A stretch of 64,000 nt of DNA from an uncultured Alphaproteobacteria bacterium (GCA_963846475.1 CAWJVZ010000004.1:1917453-1981452); one strand, 5' to 3'; counted from the stretch's first letter, positions 12,464-25,525 are shown. The notes: generated by a model not told the origin, from the letters alone. Numbers and translations are program-made.

Positions 12464-13395
12464 TCGGCCGCGCTCTCTCCCTTGCTCTCGCCGCCTTGCT
12501 GACCGCGGCGGCGCTCTGGTACCTGATCGAGCCCGGCACGTTTTCGCAGCTGCGGCTCGCTTTGGCGCGCGCGGATTGGTGGACGCTGGCCTTGGCGATG
12601 GCGCTCAGCGCCGCGGTGCAATGGCTGCGCGCCTGGCGATTTGGCATCATGACCAGCGGCGACCTGGCGTTTCCCAATGCGGGCGTCGTGCGCATCGCCT
12701 TCCAGCTCAATTTCTTCAATTTCGTGCTGCCGTTCAGGCTCGGCGAGCTGAGCTATCCCGTGCTGATGCGCCGCGCCTACGGGCAGCCGTTTCTCGACGC
12801 CGCCGGCGTGCTGCTCCTCGCCCGGCTCTTCGACCTCTGCACGGTCGGAGCGATCCTGCTCGGCACCGCGGCCTGGCTCGGCCTGGCCGGCGCGGGCTTT
12901 ACTGCCCTCCTCCTGGCGCTTGCGGCTGCGGCGCTCGCGCTGCTTCCGGCCATTCTGGTGCTGGCCGCCAATGCCGCCGGGCCGGCGATATCGCGCCTGC
13001 CTCTCGCGGGCGGTTTCGCCGGCCCGCTTGCCGCCTCGTCCGCCGCCCTTCGCACCCGCCCGGCTCGGCTGGCCGCCATCGGCCTTAGCTTCGCCGTCTG
13101 GCTCACCTTCGGCGTGCTGGCCGTCCTGACCGCCAACGCCGTGGTGGACGGCATTTCGCCCGCGGTCGCGCTCCTCGGCGCGTCGGCCGGCAATCTCGCC
13201 TTCGCCCTGCCGATCAACGGCATCGCCGGGCTCGGGCCGTCGCAGGCGGCCTGGGCGGCCGCTCTGAGCCAGGCCGGCGTGCCGTGGTCGGACGCCGTCA
13301 TCAGCGCGCTGGCGCTTTACGCCGTCGTGCTGACGAGTGCGCTCCTGTTCGGCGGCATCGCCATGATCGGCCGCCGCCAGCCTAGTCACGCCTGA
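12460..13395 (+). CDS. flippase-like (lysylphosphatidylglycerol-synthase TM region / UPF0104) membrane protein
   Basis: 311 aa and polytopic. Third gene of the translationally coupled GT39-GT2 operon. Confidence 0.7.
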   Translation: MIGRALSLALAALLTAAALWYLIEPGTFSQLRLALARADWWTLALAMALSAAVQWLRAWRFGIMTSGDLAFPNAGVVRIAFQLNFFNFVLPFRLGELSYPVLMRRAYGQPFLDAAGVLLLARLFDLCTVGAILLGTAAWLGLAGAGFTALLLALAAAALALLPAILVLAANAAGPAISRLPLAGGFAGPLAASSAALRTRPARLAAIGLSFAVWLTFGVLAVLTANAVVDGISPAVALLGASAGNLAFALPINGIAGLGPSQAAWAAALSQAGVPWSDAVISALALYAVVLTSALLFGGIAMIGRRQPSHA

Positions 13396-13450
13396 GCCGG
13401 GGCGCGTCGCTGGATTCTCCGCTCCCCGCCCGCTAAGCCTCGCGGCAACC

Positions 13451-14362
13451 ATGAACATTTCCGAGAAGCCCGGTCCCGATTTGCTCCTCGCCGAACGGCA
13501 GGCCCGCGCCGCCGCCTGGTTCTCTGAGCTCCGCGACCGGATCTGCGCCGCGCTGGAAACGCTGGAGGACGCTCTGCCTGCCGGCCTTTCCTTCGCCCAG
13601 CAGCCGCCGGGCCGCTTCGTGCGCACGCAATGGCAGCGCACCGACCATACCGGCGCCCCGGGCGGCGGCGGCATCATGTCGGTCATGCACGGCCGGGTCT
13701 TCGAAAAAGTCGGCGTCCACGTCTCCACCGTCCTGGGCGAGTTCGCCCCGGAATTCCGCGCCCAGATCCCCGGCGCGCTGGAGGATCCGCGTTTCTGGGC
13801 CTCCGGCGTCTCGCTGATCGCCCACCCGCAGAACCCGCACGTGCCGGCCGCGCACATGAACACGCGCATGGTGGTGACCAGCAAAAGCTGGTTCGGCGGC
13901 GGCGGCGATCTCACCCCCGTCTTGGACCGCCGGCGCAGCCAGGACGATCCCGACGCGCTCGCCTTCCACGCCGCCATGCGGGCCGCCTGCGCGCCGCACC
14001 CGCATGTCGACTATGCCCGCTACAAAGCCTGGTGCGACGAATATTTTTGGCTAAAACACCGGGGCGAGCCGCGCGGCATCGGCGGCATCTTTTACGATTA
14101 TCTCGACAGCGGCGACTGGGACGCCGATTTCGCCTTCACCCGGGACATCGGTCGCGCTTTCGAAAAAGTTTATCCGGAGCTGGTGCGCCGCAACTTCGGG
14201 GCGCTCTGGAGCGAGGCCAACCGCGAGGAACAGCTCGTCCGCCGCGGCCGTTATGTCGAGTTCAATCTCCTCTACGACCGCGGCACCGTCTTCGGGCTGA
14301 AGACCGGCGGGCATGTCGAGGCGATTCTCTCGTCACTGCCGCCGCTGGCGAAATGGCCGTAA
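13451..14362 (+). CDS. hemF: oxygen-dependent coproporphyrinogen III oxidase
   Basis: [24 protein letters not shown]...[13 protein letters not shown]...GGGGDLTP...[15 protein letters not shown]...[15 protein letters not shown] are HemF signatures. Confidence 0.93.
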   Translation: MNISEKPGPDLLLAERQARAAAWFSELRDRICAALETLEDALPAGLSFAQQPPGRFVRTQWQRTDHTGAPGGGGIMSVMHGRVFEKVGVHVSTVLGEFAPEFRAQIPGALEDPRFWASGVSLIAHPQNPHVPAAHMNTRMVVTSKSWFGGGGDLTPVLDRRRSQDDPDALAFHAAMRAACAPHPHVDYARYKAWCDEYFWLKHRGEPRGIGGIFYDYLDSGDWDADFAFTRDIGRAFEKVYPELVRRNFGALWSEANREEQLVRRGRYVEFNLLYDRGTVFGLKTGGHVEAILSSLPPLAKWP

Positions 14363-14378
14363 AACCTGGGAGCGCTCT

Positions 14379-15107
14379 ATGCACCGCCGAACTGTCGCTT
14401 TGCTCCTTGCCGCCGGAATTGTTCTGCCGTTCGGAGCGGCAGCACAGGATATTGAAATTCCGGAGGCGATCTATCCGGCCTTGCCCAGGCAGGCTGCGTC
14501 GGCCGATGGTTTCGTGCCGGCGGGATGGGCGTTGGAATCGCAGGTCTCGGGCGATCTCAACCGCGACGGCGTCGCCGACCTCGCGCTCGTCCTGCACGAG
14601 CGGAATCCGCAAAATATCGTCCCGAACGAAAATGGGCTGGGCGAAAATCCGCTGGACACCAATCCGCGCATCCTGGCGGTCGCATTCGGCGACCGATCGG
14701 GCGGCTATGTTCTGGCGCTGGAGAACCACACGCTCATTCCGCGGCGCGAGGTGCCGACCCTCGAAGATCCTCTGTCGGAAGGCGGCATCGCCATCGAGGG
14801 CGGCACGCTCCGCGTGAGCCTGGGCTTCTTTGCCAGCGCCGGCTCGTGGGGGACGTCGACGACGACCTACACCTTTCGCCACCAGAACGGCCGCTTCGAG
14901 CTGATCGGCTTCGATCGCGACGAGACGCAACGCAATACCGGCGAGACCAGCGGCACGAGCATCAACTATTCGACCGGCGAATCGAAACTCACCAGCGGCA
15001 AAATCGAGAGCGACGAAGAGACGGTGCGATCGGCAACTTTGCCGTCACGTGAGCCGATCACCATCGAGGAGGTCGGCGACGGCATCGAATTCGAGCCCGC
15101 GACCTGA
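14379..15107 (+). CDS. secreted hypothetical protein with FG-GAP-like motif
   Basis: Start at Met 14379 (MHRRTVALLLAAGIVLPFGAAAQD signal peptide). DLNRDGVADLALVL resembles an FG-GAP/VCBS calcium-binding loop. Confidence 0.65.
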   Translation: MHRRTVALLLAAGIVLPFGAAAQDIEIPEAIYPALPRQAASADGFVPAGWALESQVSGDLNRDGVADLALVLHERNPQNIVPNENGLGENPLDTNPRILAVAFGDRSGGYVLALENHTLIPRREVPTLEDPLSEGGIAIEGGTLRVSLGFFASAGSWGTSTTTYTFRHQNGRFELIGFDRDETQRNTGETSGTSINYSTGESKLTSGKIESDEETVRSATLPSREPITIEEVGDGIEFEPAT

Positions 15108-15136
15108 CCGCCGTCGCAATCGAAAGCTGGCGCACC

Positions 15137-15307
15137 TCACCGCTTGCCTTTGTATTCGTCCGGCAGGAATTGCGTGTGATCCCGGCCACGCTGGTCCTGC
15201 TGCCGCATCGTGTCCTCGTAAGCTTTCCGGGCCTCCGCTGAGACGGCGACACGCTTCACCGGAGCTTTCTTCCGGCGGTCCTTAACCGGCCCAAACGTCC
15301 CTGCCAT
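15137..15307 (-). CDS. small basic hypothetical protein (56 aa)
   Basis: Internal Met of the 88-aa ORF 15137..15403 (MAGTFGPVKDRRKKAPVKR...). No recognised family and only a weak RBS. Confidence 0.35.
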   Translation of the reverse strand: MAGTFGPVKDRRKKAPVKRVAVSAEARKAYEDTMRQQDQRGRDHTQFLPDEYKGKR

Positions 15308-15432
15308 GCCTGTCCGCCCTGATGCTTTCCCCACGCATATAGCGGCGCAGATCGGATCGCGATAGCGGCTTAACCGGTCCGATTCATTCGAGACCCGAAG
15401 CAAGCTCCGGACCGGCTCACGTTCAGCGGATC

Positions 15433-16651
15433 CTATCCGCGAAGGAGCTCTTCTCGATTGAGAACAAACCCGCTGTCGATCCAGCGCTCCTCCAGCTGCT
15501 TGAGTTTATGCCCCACTTCCGGGCCGGGTGCGATGCCGACCGCCACGATGTCTTTGCCGCTCAGTGGAAATGTCGGCCGCTGCCAAGCCTCGGCAAAGCG
15601 GATCAGGCGGCGCAGTTTCTCCGCCGCCTCGGCGTGGCCGGCGTCGCGCTCGCGCGCCAGAGCGTGCCTGAGCCGGTCGAGCACGCCGGAGGGCTCCGCC
15701 CGATAGAGCGCCTTGGCGAGGTCCTGCTCCGACCAGGCCGGGTCGGGCTCCGGCGCGTCGGCCCAGGCGAGGAGCCGCGCCATTTCGGCCTTCGACAGCC
15801 GCAGCCGCGTGCTCAAACCGTCGATGCGCGCCCGGTGCGGCGGCAGGATCGCCTGCAGCCGCAGCAGCGGGTCCGGCGCAAGGCCCTCGGTCCGCTCCGC
15901 CGCGACGAGGCGGTGGATGGCGTCGATGCCCCAGCTTTCCGGCAGCGCCTTGTGCAGGATTTCCGTCGTGCGCATCCACAGCATAGCCCGCGTCGGGTCG
16001 GGCGCGGCGAAGAGCCGCTTCAGCTCCGCCCAGACCCGCTCCGCCGACAGCGTGGCGACGCCGGCCTTCAGCCGCGCGCAGGCTTTCAGGCCCTCAGGGT
16101 CCGGCCGCCCCGTGCCGTACCAGGCGAAGAACCGGAAAAAGCGGAGGATGCGGAGATAATCCTCGCGGATGCGATCCTCCGCATCGCCGATGAAGCGGAC
16201 GCGGCCCGCCTTGAGGTCGCCGATCCCGCCGAGCGGGTCGAAAATCTCGCCCTTGGCGTCGCAATAGAGCGCGTTCATCGTGAAATCGCGGCGCGCGGCG
16301 TCCTCCGTCCAATCGTCGGTGAATTTCACCAATGCGCGGCGCCCGTCGGTCTCCACGTCGCGGCGAAGCGTCGTCACCTCGAAGGGGCGGCCATCGGCGA
16401 TCACCGTGACGGTGCCATGCGCGATGCCGGTCGGCGCGGTCTTCAGCCCGGCGGCTTCGCTCGCGCGCGATCACTTCGGCCGGCGCAAACACGGTGGCGA
16501 GGTCGGCGTCGGTCACTTTCCGCCCGAGCAGCGCGTCGCGCACCGCCCCGCCGACGATCCGCGTCGCGCCCCTCCCGCCGTCGAGCGCGGCGAGGACGGC
16601 CCGCATGTCGGGCTCCTTCAGCAAGGCCCAGTCGCGAAGCGACGGCTTCAC
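15433..16651 (-). pseudogene. cca: CCA tRNA nucleotidyltransferase, frameshifted (pseudogene or indel error)
   Basis: The N-terminal part (RIVGGAVRDALLGRKVTDADLATVFAPAEVIAR) lies in the frame of ORF 16094..16900. The rest (GIAHGTVTVIADGRPFEVTTLRRDVETDGR...) is ORF 15433..16404. The junction is at the cgcgcgcg run near 16462-16469. A GTG start overlaps the NUDIX stop (GTGA). Confidence 0.75.
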
Positions 16652-17300
16652 CGGACCGTCTCGGCCGTCTCGGCATAGAGCCGCTCGTAGAGGATGCGCA
16701 CGATGCCGGCGGTGATCCCCCAGATGTGCCGGTCCTCGGTACGGCATCTCGAAGAAGCTGCGCGTCGCGCCCTGCCACACGCGGCTGCCCATGCGGTGGT
16801 TGTCGGGATCCATGAGGAAGGAGAGCGGCACCTCGAAAGCGTCGGCCACCTCCGCCGGATTGAGTTTCAGGCGAAAGCCCGGCCGGACGATGGCGATCAC
16901 CGGGCGCCACGTGGTAGCCGGAGCCGGTCAGGTAATCGGGCCCGAGGCAGAGCGTCTCGACGAATTTCGGGTCGAGCCCGATCTCCTCCTCGGCCTCGCG
17001 AAGCGCCGCCTGCTTCCGGGCCCAGCGTCCTCCGGATCGATGCGGCCGCCGGGAAAGGCGATCTGCCCGGCATGCGAGCGGAGCCCGCTGGTCCGCTCGG
17101 TGAACAGCAGGGTCGCCTCGGGCTCGGCGATGCACCACCGGGATGAGCACCGCCGCCGGCCGCCGCTCCATCGTCACAAAAATGTCGGCGATGTCCGGGT
17201 TGAAGGAATGGTCGCCGCCGGCGGCGCCGCGGTCGGGCGACAGCCTTTCGGCGACGCGGCGGCGGAAATCCTCCGCCGAATAGGGGATGGGCTCAGCCAA
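16648..17300 (-). pseudogene. NUDIX hydrolase (CoA pyrophosphatase-like), several frameshifts
   Basis: Family-typical pieces are spread over three frames: MAEPIPYSAEDFRRRV...AAVLIPVV; REAEEEIGLDPKFVETLCLGPDYLTGSGYHV; IAIVRPGFRLKLNPAEVADAFEVPLSFLMDP; the tail ends ...LYAETAETVR. Confidence 0.7.
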
Positions 17301-17860
17301 GGGCAGGTCCGGGAAAGGCGAAGAAGATGCCGCCCGACCAGAGCCCCGGCGCGCCGTCCTTCTCGTCGGCGATCGCCGACGAGGTCCTGCGCCAGCGAGC
17401 GCGTCGCCAGCGCCTCCAGTCCGCCGCGCACGCGGAGATACGGCTTCAGCCCGCCCGTCGCCGGCTCGGTGGCGAAGCGGATCGGATGCTCCGGCCCGGC
17501 GCGCAACAATGTCGCCGACATTGGTGCGGAAGGTGAGCTGGCGAGTTCGCCCTCGCCCTCGCCGCGCGCATCTCGACGGCCAGGAACGGCGCGTCCTCGA
17601 CCGCGATCCCGACCTTCTCCACCGGCGTCACGAGAACGTGACGAGCCGTCCGGCTCGCGCCGCAGGATCGAGGCGAAGAGCCGCACCAGGGCGTCGCGGC
17701 CGATCGGGCTGCCGCGGTAGAGCCAGGTGCCGTCGGCGGCGATCCGCATGTCGATCTCGCCGCAATAGGGCGGGTTCCAGCGCTCCACCGGCCGCGGCTT
17801 GGCCGGCTCGCCCGCCTGTGCGACAAGCCCGGCCAGCCCCGCCGGCAGTCCCGCCGGCAC
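17293..17860 (-). pseudogene. DUF1285 domain protein, several frameshifts
   Basis: Pieces sit in different frames: ERWNPPYCGEIDMRIAADGTWLYRGSPIGRDALVRLFASILRREPDG, VLVTPVEKVGIAVEDAPFLAVEM, HPIRFATEPATGGLKPYLRVRGGLEALATRSL, and the tail ...LWSGGIFFAFPGPALG. Confidence 0.7.
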
Positions 17861-17989
17861 CTCCGGCCTCGTTCGCCTCGATTTTCATCGCTGACCCGCC
17901 GCGTGCTTCGATTCACATTATCGCCCGACGGATGACACAGATCACCTGACGGAATTTCTGTATCCGCTTTCAGTTACGGATCCCGCCGC

Positions 17990-18998
<1,009 letters not shown>

Positions 18999-19001
18999 CC
19001 G

Positions 19002-19941
19002 ATGGCCAAACCCGCTCCGGCCGGCAGGCGCTGAGCCGCAGCCGCGTCGAGACGGCGCGGAGCGCTTGCCGCGCGCCTGCCGGACCTGCTCGTCGCGGCG
19101 CGCCGCATCGCCGCCAACGTGCTGCTCGGCCTGCACGGGCGGCGCCATCCCGGCCCGGGCGAAACGTTCTGGCAGTTCCGCTCCTACGTCGCGGGCGAGC
19201 CGGCGCGGCAGATCGACTGGCGCCGCTCGGCGCGCGACCACCACCTCTATGTGCGCGAGCGCGAATGGGAGGCCTCGCAGACCGTCTGGCTGTGGGCGGA
19301 CCTGTCCGCCTCCATGGATTTCAGCTCGCGGCTTTCCACGACGACCAAGCTCGACCGCGCCATCATCCTCATGCTGGCGCTGGCCGAGATGCTCGGCCGC
19401 GGCGGCGAGCGCGTCGGCATGCCGGGACTTGCCGAGCCGCGCATCGGCCGCGACGCCGCCGACCGCCTCGCCGAAGTGCTGGCGCGCGCCGATGTCACGG
19501 CGGACTGGCCGAGCCTCGACCGCGTCGGCCGCTTCTCCGACGTGGTGATGCTGAGCGACTTCCTCGTCGGCCCCGACGTCCTGCAGCGACCGCCTGCGCT
19601 CGCTCGCCGGCCGCGGCGCCAATCTGCACCTGCTGCAGGTGTTCGACCCGGCGGAAGAAGCTTTTCCCTATGAAGGCCGGCTGGAGTTCCGCGATCCGGA
19701 ATCCGGCGAGACCTGGCTGACCGAGCGCGCCGGCGGCTTGCGCGCCGATTACCGGGCGCGGCTGGAGGCGCATCGCGAGCTGATCCGCAGCTTCGCGCGC
19801 TCGGCCGGCTTCTCCTTCGGCGTCCACCACACCGACCGGCCCGCCGCCGAGGGCCTGCTGTTCCTGCAGGCGCGGCTGTCGGGATCGCCGGTCAACGCCG
19901 TCTATGGCGGCGCGGCGCAATGGGAGCGCCCGGCGGCATGA
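19002..19941 (+). pseudogene. DUF58 domain protein (MoxR partner), frameshifted
   Basis: [35 protein letters not shown]... is in ORF 19119.., and the C-terminal part MFDPAEEAFPYEGRLEFRDPESGE... is in ORF 19639..19941. Confidence 0.7.
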
Positions 19942-22745
19942 TCGGCGCGCTCGGCTTCCTCTCGCCGTGGATGCTGGTGGCGCTCGCCGCGCTGCCGCTG
20001 ATCTGGCTGATCCTGCGGCTCACGCCGCCGCGCCCGCGGCTGGTTGACTTCCCGCCGACCCGCATCCTGCTCGGGCTGGAGGACCGCGACCGCACGCCGG
20101 CGCGCACGCCCTGGTGGCTGACGCTGATCCGCCTGGCGCTGGTCGCGCTGATCATCGGCGCGCTGGCCGAGCCGATCCTGCGCCCGGATCTGCGGCTGAC
20201 CACCGGCAGCGAGCCGCTCCTCGTCGTCCTCGACAACGGCTGGGATACTGCGCCCGATTTCGCCGACCGCATCGCCGCGGCCGAGACGGCGATGGCCGAA
20301 GCTGCCCGCGACGGCCGGCCGGTCTCGCTGGTCGCGACCGCCGAGCCCCGCGCGGAAAGCCTGGCGGCGGAGAACGCCGACGCCGCGCTGCGCCGGCTCG
20401 CCGCGATCGTGCCGCGCCCCTATCTCCCCGACCGCGACGCGCTGGCGGCGCGGCTCAACGAAGCGTTTCGCCGAGCGCTCGGTGGAAGTGCTCTGGCTCG
20501 CCGGCGCGCTCGACGGCGGCGACGCCGCGTCCCTCGCGGCCGCCGCTCAACCGCATCGCGGCGCGCGGCACCATCATGCAGTCGGCGCGCCCGCTGACGG
20601 TGCTGCGGCCGCCGGAGAACGGCGCCGAACGCCGTGCGCGTGCCGGTCACCCGGCTGGGCGGCAGCGGGCGACGTCGGCGGTGGCCGGCTTCGACCAGGA
20701 GGGCCGGCGCATCGTCGAGGGCGCCGCCGCCATCGGCGGCAACGGCCGCGGCATCGCCGAGATCGCGCTGCCCGCCGAGATCCGCAATTCGCTGGCGCGC
20801 TTCGCGGTCGCCGGCGAGGACAGCGCCGGCGCGGTGCAGCTCCTCGACGGGCGCTGGCAGCGGAAGTCGGTCGGCCTCATCGTCGGCGAGAGCGCCGGCG
20901 GGTCGCAGCCGCTGCTCGAGCCGCTCACCTATGTCGAGCGGGCGCTCGCGCCGACGGCCGATCTCCTCCGCTCCGACGCCGCCGAGCACGAGCGAGGCGG
21001 TGACCGCGCTGATCCGACCGCGGCGCCTCGATCATCGTGCTGACCGAGACCGGGACGCTGCCGCCCGACACCACCGCAGGCGCTTGGTCGAATGGGTGGA
21101 GGCCGGCGGCACGCTGCTTCGCTTCGCCAGCCCGAACCTCGCCGCCACCACCGTCGACGAGCTGCTGCCGGTGCGGCTCAGGCAAGGCGAGCGGGCGCTC
21201 GGCGGCTCGCTCTCCTGGGAGGAGCCGCAGCCGATCGGCGAGTTTCCCGCCGACGGCCCGTTCGCCCGCATCGCGGTGCCGCCGGACGTGCGCGGTGAAC
21301 CGGCAGGTGCTCGCCGACCCCGATGCGCTTGCGCGACGCGGAGGTCTGGGCCGAGCTCCGCGACGGCACGCCGCTGGTGACCGTCGCGCATGCGCGGCAA
21401 CGGCCGCATCGTGCTCTTCCACGTCACCGCCGATCCGCGCTGGTCGAACCTGCCGCTCTCCGGCGCGTTCGTGGAGATGCTGAACGCGATCGTCGACAGT
21501 TGCCGGCATGGTAGCGCGGCCCGCCGGGGAGACCGCCGAGGCGGCCGAAGCCGCCGCGCCGTGGCGCCCCGTCGAGGTGCTCGACGGCTACGGCGACCTC
21601 GGGCCGCCCGAGCCGGGCGCCACGCTCGTCGCCGATCATCGAGGACGCCAGCCCGAGCGCCGAGACGCCGCCCGGCATCTACGACCGCGACGGCACCGTC
21701 TTCGCCCTGAACACCGTCGCCGCCGGCGCCGTGCTGGAGCCGCTGGTGCCGCAAGCTCCATCGGCTGGCAGGGCCGCAGCGCCGCGCTGGAGCCGCGCCC
21801 CGCCACGCCGATCTGGCCGTGGCTCCTCGCCGCCGCCGCGTTGCTCGCCGTCCTCGACGGCCTTGCCGTGCTGGCGCTTTCCGGCCGCCTGTCGCGCCGC
21901 TTCGCCCGCGCCGCGGCGCTGGCGCTCGCCTTCGCGCTGGCAATACCCGGCCTCGACCCTGCGTCGCGCCCAGGACAGCGAGATCGCCGACATGGAGAAG
22001 GCGCTCGCCGCGACGACCAAGACGCAGCTCGCCTATGTCGTCACCGGCAATGCCGAGCTCGACGAGACGAGCCGCGCCGGGCTCGAGGGCCTCTCCATGT
22101 ATCTCGCCGACCGGACGGCCCTGGAGCCGGGCGAGCCGGCGCCGGTCGACGTCGCCGCCGACGAGCTCGCCTTCTACGCACTGATCTACTGGCCGATCGA
22201 CCCCGACCAGCCGGTCCCTCGGCGGAGACCATGGCCAAGCGTCGACACCTTTTTGAAGAACGGCGGCACCATCCTCTTCGACACCCGCGACGCCGGCGGG
22301 TTCTCCGGGTCCGATTTCGGCGGCAACACGCCGGAAAACCAGAAACTCCGCGACATCCTCGCCTTCGTCGACGTGCCGCCGCTCGAGCCGGTGCCGCCCG
22401 ACCACGTGCTCACCAAGGCCTTCTATCTGCTGTCGAATTTTCCCGGCCGCTGGGAAAATTCCGACCTCTGGGTGGAGAGCCTGAGCGACGCGCCGGAGGA
22501 TCCCGAGCCGGCCGGCGCGCGGCGGCGACGGGGTGTCGCCGATCCTCATCACCGGCAACGATCTTGCCTCCGCCTGGGCGGTCGACAGCGACGGGCTCTG
22601 GCTCTACCCGACCGTTCCCGCCGATCCGCGCCAGCGCGACCTCGCCTTCCGCTCCGGCGTCAACATCGTCATGTATGCGCTGACCGGCAACTACAAGGCC
22701 GACCAGGTGCACGTGCCGGCGCTGCTTGAGAGGCTCGGCCAATGA
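19938..22745 (+). pseudogene. BatA-like N-terminal double-TM / DUF4159 C-terminal membrane protein, many frameshifts
   Basis: The N-terminus MIGALGFLSPWMLVALAALPLIWLILRLTPPRP and the C-terminus SPILITGNDLASAWAVD...GVNIVMYALTGNYKADQVH are recognisable. The 2.8 kb between them is readable only by hopping across overlapping ORF fragments in all three frames. Confidence 0.65.
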
Positions 22746-24828
22746 GCGCAAGCATGACCGGCTCGCACCTCGCCTTCGAGCCGATCCTGCCGTGGCCGCT
22801 GATCGCCGGGCTCGCCGGCCTGCTCGTCGTCGTCCTGGCGCTGCTCGCCTGGCAGCGCGTGCGCGGCGTCTGGTGGCGGGCGCTCGCCTCCGCGCTGATC
22901 GTGCTGGCGCTCACCAATCCGGTGCTGCAGCGCGAGGAGCGCGAGGGCCTGCCCGGCATCGTCGCGCTGGTCGTCGACGAGAGCGCCAGCCAGCGCCTCG
23001 GCGACCGCGCCGCGCAGACCGAGGCTGCGGTCGCCGCCCTGAAGGAGCGGCTGCAGGCGCTGGGCAACTTCGAGATCCGCGAGGTGCATGCCGCCGACCG
23101 GCCGGACGGCGACGGCACGGCGCTTGTTCTCCGAGCTGACCGGCCTCGTCGACGACGTGCCGCCCGAGCAGATGGCCGGCGCGATTTTCATCACCGACGG
23201 CATCGTCGCCGACGTGCCGGAGGATGCCGCCGTCGCTCGGCTTCAATGCGCCGCTGCATGCGCTGATCACCGGCGAAGAAGGCGAGCACGACCGCCGCAT
23301 CGTGCTCGACCGCGCGCCGCGCTTCGCCATCCTCGACGAGCCGCAGAGCCTCGACTTTCGCGTGCTCGACCCCGACCTCGCGCCCGGCGAGCAGGTGACC
23401 GTGCATCTCCGGATCGACGGCACCGAGGTCGCCACCGACCGCGTCGCCGTCGGCGAGAACCACACCATCGACGCTGCCGCTGCAGCATGGCGGCCGCACC
23501 ATCGTGGAGCTGGAGGTCGAGGCGGCGGCGGACGAGCTGGCGCTGGAGAACAATGTCGGCGTCGCCGAGATGGACGTGGTGCGCGAGCATCTCCGCGTGC
23601 TCTTCGTCTCCGGCGAGCCGCATGCCGGCGAGCGCACCTGGCGGAACGTGCTGAAATCCGACGCCGCCGTCGACCTCGTCCACTTCACCATCCTGCGTCC
23701 GCCGGAAAAGCAGGACGGCACGCCGATCAACGAGCTGTCGCTGATCGCCTTCCCGACCCGCGAACTGTTCGAGGAGAAGATCGAGGAATTCGACCTCATC
23801 ATCTTCGACCGCTACCAGAGCCGCGGCGTGCTGCCGATCATCTATTACGACAACCTGGCCAATTACGTGCGGAACGGCGGCGCCGTGCTGGTCGCCGCCG
23901 GCCCCGACTACGCTGCCGGCGGCAGCCTCTACCGCACGCCGCTCGGGCCGGTCCTGCCGGCCGTGCCGACCGGCGAGATCGTCGAAGAGCCCTACCGCGC
24001 GGCGATCAGCCTGGTCGGCACGCGCCATCCCGTCACCCGCGATCTGCCGGGCATCGAAGTCGACCCCGCCCGCCTGGAGCCCCTGGTTCCGCCTGGTGGA
24101 GGCAGACGCTATCGCCGGCGACGTCGCCATGACCGGCCCCGGCGACCGGCCGCTCCTCGTCCTGTCGCGCGAGGGCGACGGCCGCGTCGCCATGCTGCTC
24201 TCCGACCATGCCTGGCTGTGGGCGCGCGGCTATGACGGCGGCGGCCCGCACGCCGCGCTGCTGCGCCGCCTGCTGCACTGGCTGATGCGCGAGCCGGAGC
24301 TGGAGGAGGAGGCGCTGACCGCCCATGCGGAGGGCAAGAACCTCGTGGTGGAGCGCCAGACGCCTGGCGGACACGATGCCGGAGGTCTCGCTCAGCGATC
24401 CCGCCGGCAATCCCGAGCCGCTGACGCTGAGCGAGGCCGAGCCGGGCCTGTGGCGCGGCGTCGTGGAGGATGCGGCGCTCGGCCTGCACCGGGCGGAGGA
24501 CGGCGCCCTCACGGTGCTCGCCCATATCGGCCCGGCCAACCCGGCAGAATTCCAGGACGTGATCTCCACGACCGAGCGGCTCGCCCCGATCGCCGAGGCG
24601 ACCGGCGGCTCGGTTCGCCGCATCGGCGATGGCGCCGGCATCTCGCTGCCGCGCATTTCCGCCGTCTCGTCCCGCGCCCCCGCCTCCGGGCGCGACTGGC
24701 TCGGCCTCCGCCGCTCCGAAGCGACGGTGCTGAAAAGCGTCGACCAGCTGCCGCTTTTCGGCGGCCTTCTCGGCCTCGCCTTGCTGGTCGGCGCCTTCGC
24801 GGCGCTGTGGTACCGCGAGGCGCGTTAA
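22742..24828 (+). pseudogene. large membrane protein of the MoxR/DUF58 operon, many frameshifts
   Basis: Start is an ATGA overlap at 22742 (MSASMTGSHLAFEPILPWPLIAGLAGLLVV...). Continuation pieces are ORFs 23504.. and 24325..24828 (ends ...LLVGAFAALWYREAR), in different frames. Confidence 0.6.
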
Positions 24829-25148
24829 GCGGCGAACCCCGCCCGGCTGCCCTTCAAGCACGCTACGGCCTCTGCTGCCCTGAAGCGCTTGGTTGCGCCT
24901 GCGATCTGGCGACCTCTCTAAGTAGATCATCCCTAAGCTGTGATCATCCATTAAATTAGCTCCTGAAGTTGTTCTCAAAAACTCCAGAATAATCGACCAC
25001 CGCAACTTCCGCGCTATCTGCCCCAACGGCAGTTGAACAGCATTCACGCCGTCAAACGCCAACAAAATTCTTGTTATCGTCACCTTTTTGCTGTTGCTTG
25101 ATTCTATCAAATCGCACGCAGTGACAGCTCGCACGCCGTGAGAGCCCG

Positions 25149-25403
25149 ATGGCTGGTGAGGACAAAGCTCGCGAATCCCGCCTCAGGAAAATGGCCGCTC
25201 GTCAGGGTTTGGTTCTTGCCAAGTCGCGCCACCAACCTCCTGACGGCGACAGCGCCGGAGGCTACATGCTTTTCGACAGTGCCAGCCGCGCGGTTGCGGT
25301 GTTCGGCGCGACCTCCGGCCGCGGACCGTTGGACGTCAGCGGCAAGGGCTATCAAGCCACGCTTGATGAGATCGAAGCCTACCTCCGCCGGGGCGACAAC
25401 TAG
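25149..25403 (+). CDS. small conserved hypothetical protein (84 aa)
   Basis: SRLRKMAARQGLVLAKSRHQPPDGDSAGGYMLFD...ATLDEIEAYL. The pattern resembles small proteins I recall as widespread in Alphaproteobacteria and Actinobacteria. Function unknown. Confidence 0.6.
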   Translation: MAGEDKARESRLRKMAARQGLVLAKSRHQPPDGDSAGGYMLFDSASRAVAVFGATSGRGPLDVSGKGYQATLDEIEAYLRRGDN

Positions 25404-25478
25404 CCCGTAGCGGTGCCGGCGACGGTGCTTCGCCCGAACATGCCGAACAAACCGTCCGAGGATGGCTGCTCTTAATCG

Positions 25479-25525
25479 GTTCGGCGCACGTTCGTCCTAG
25501 AGCATGGCATGTTCGGGCGATGTTC
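25479..25525. promoter_or_regulatory. two perfect GTTC-N7-GTTC motifs (alphaproteobacterial LexA/SOS-box pattern)
   Basis: GTTCggcgcacGTTC at 25479-25493 and GTTCgggcgatGTTC at 25511-25525. An inverted GAACatgccGAAC lies at about 25436-25448. Confidence 0.5.
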
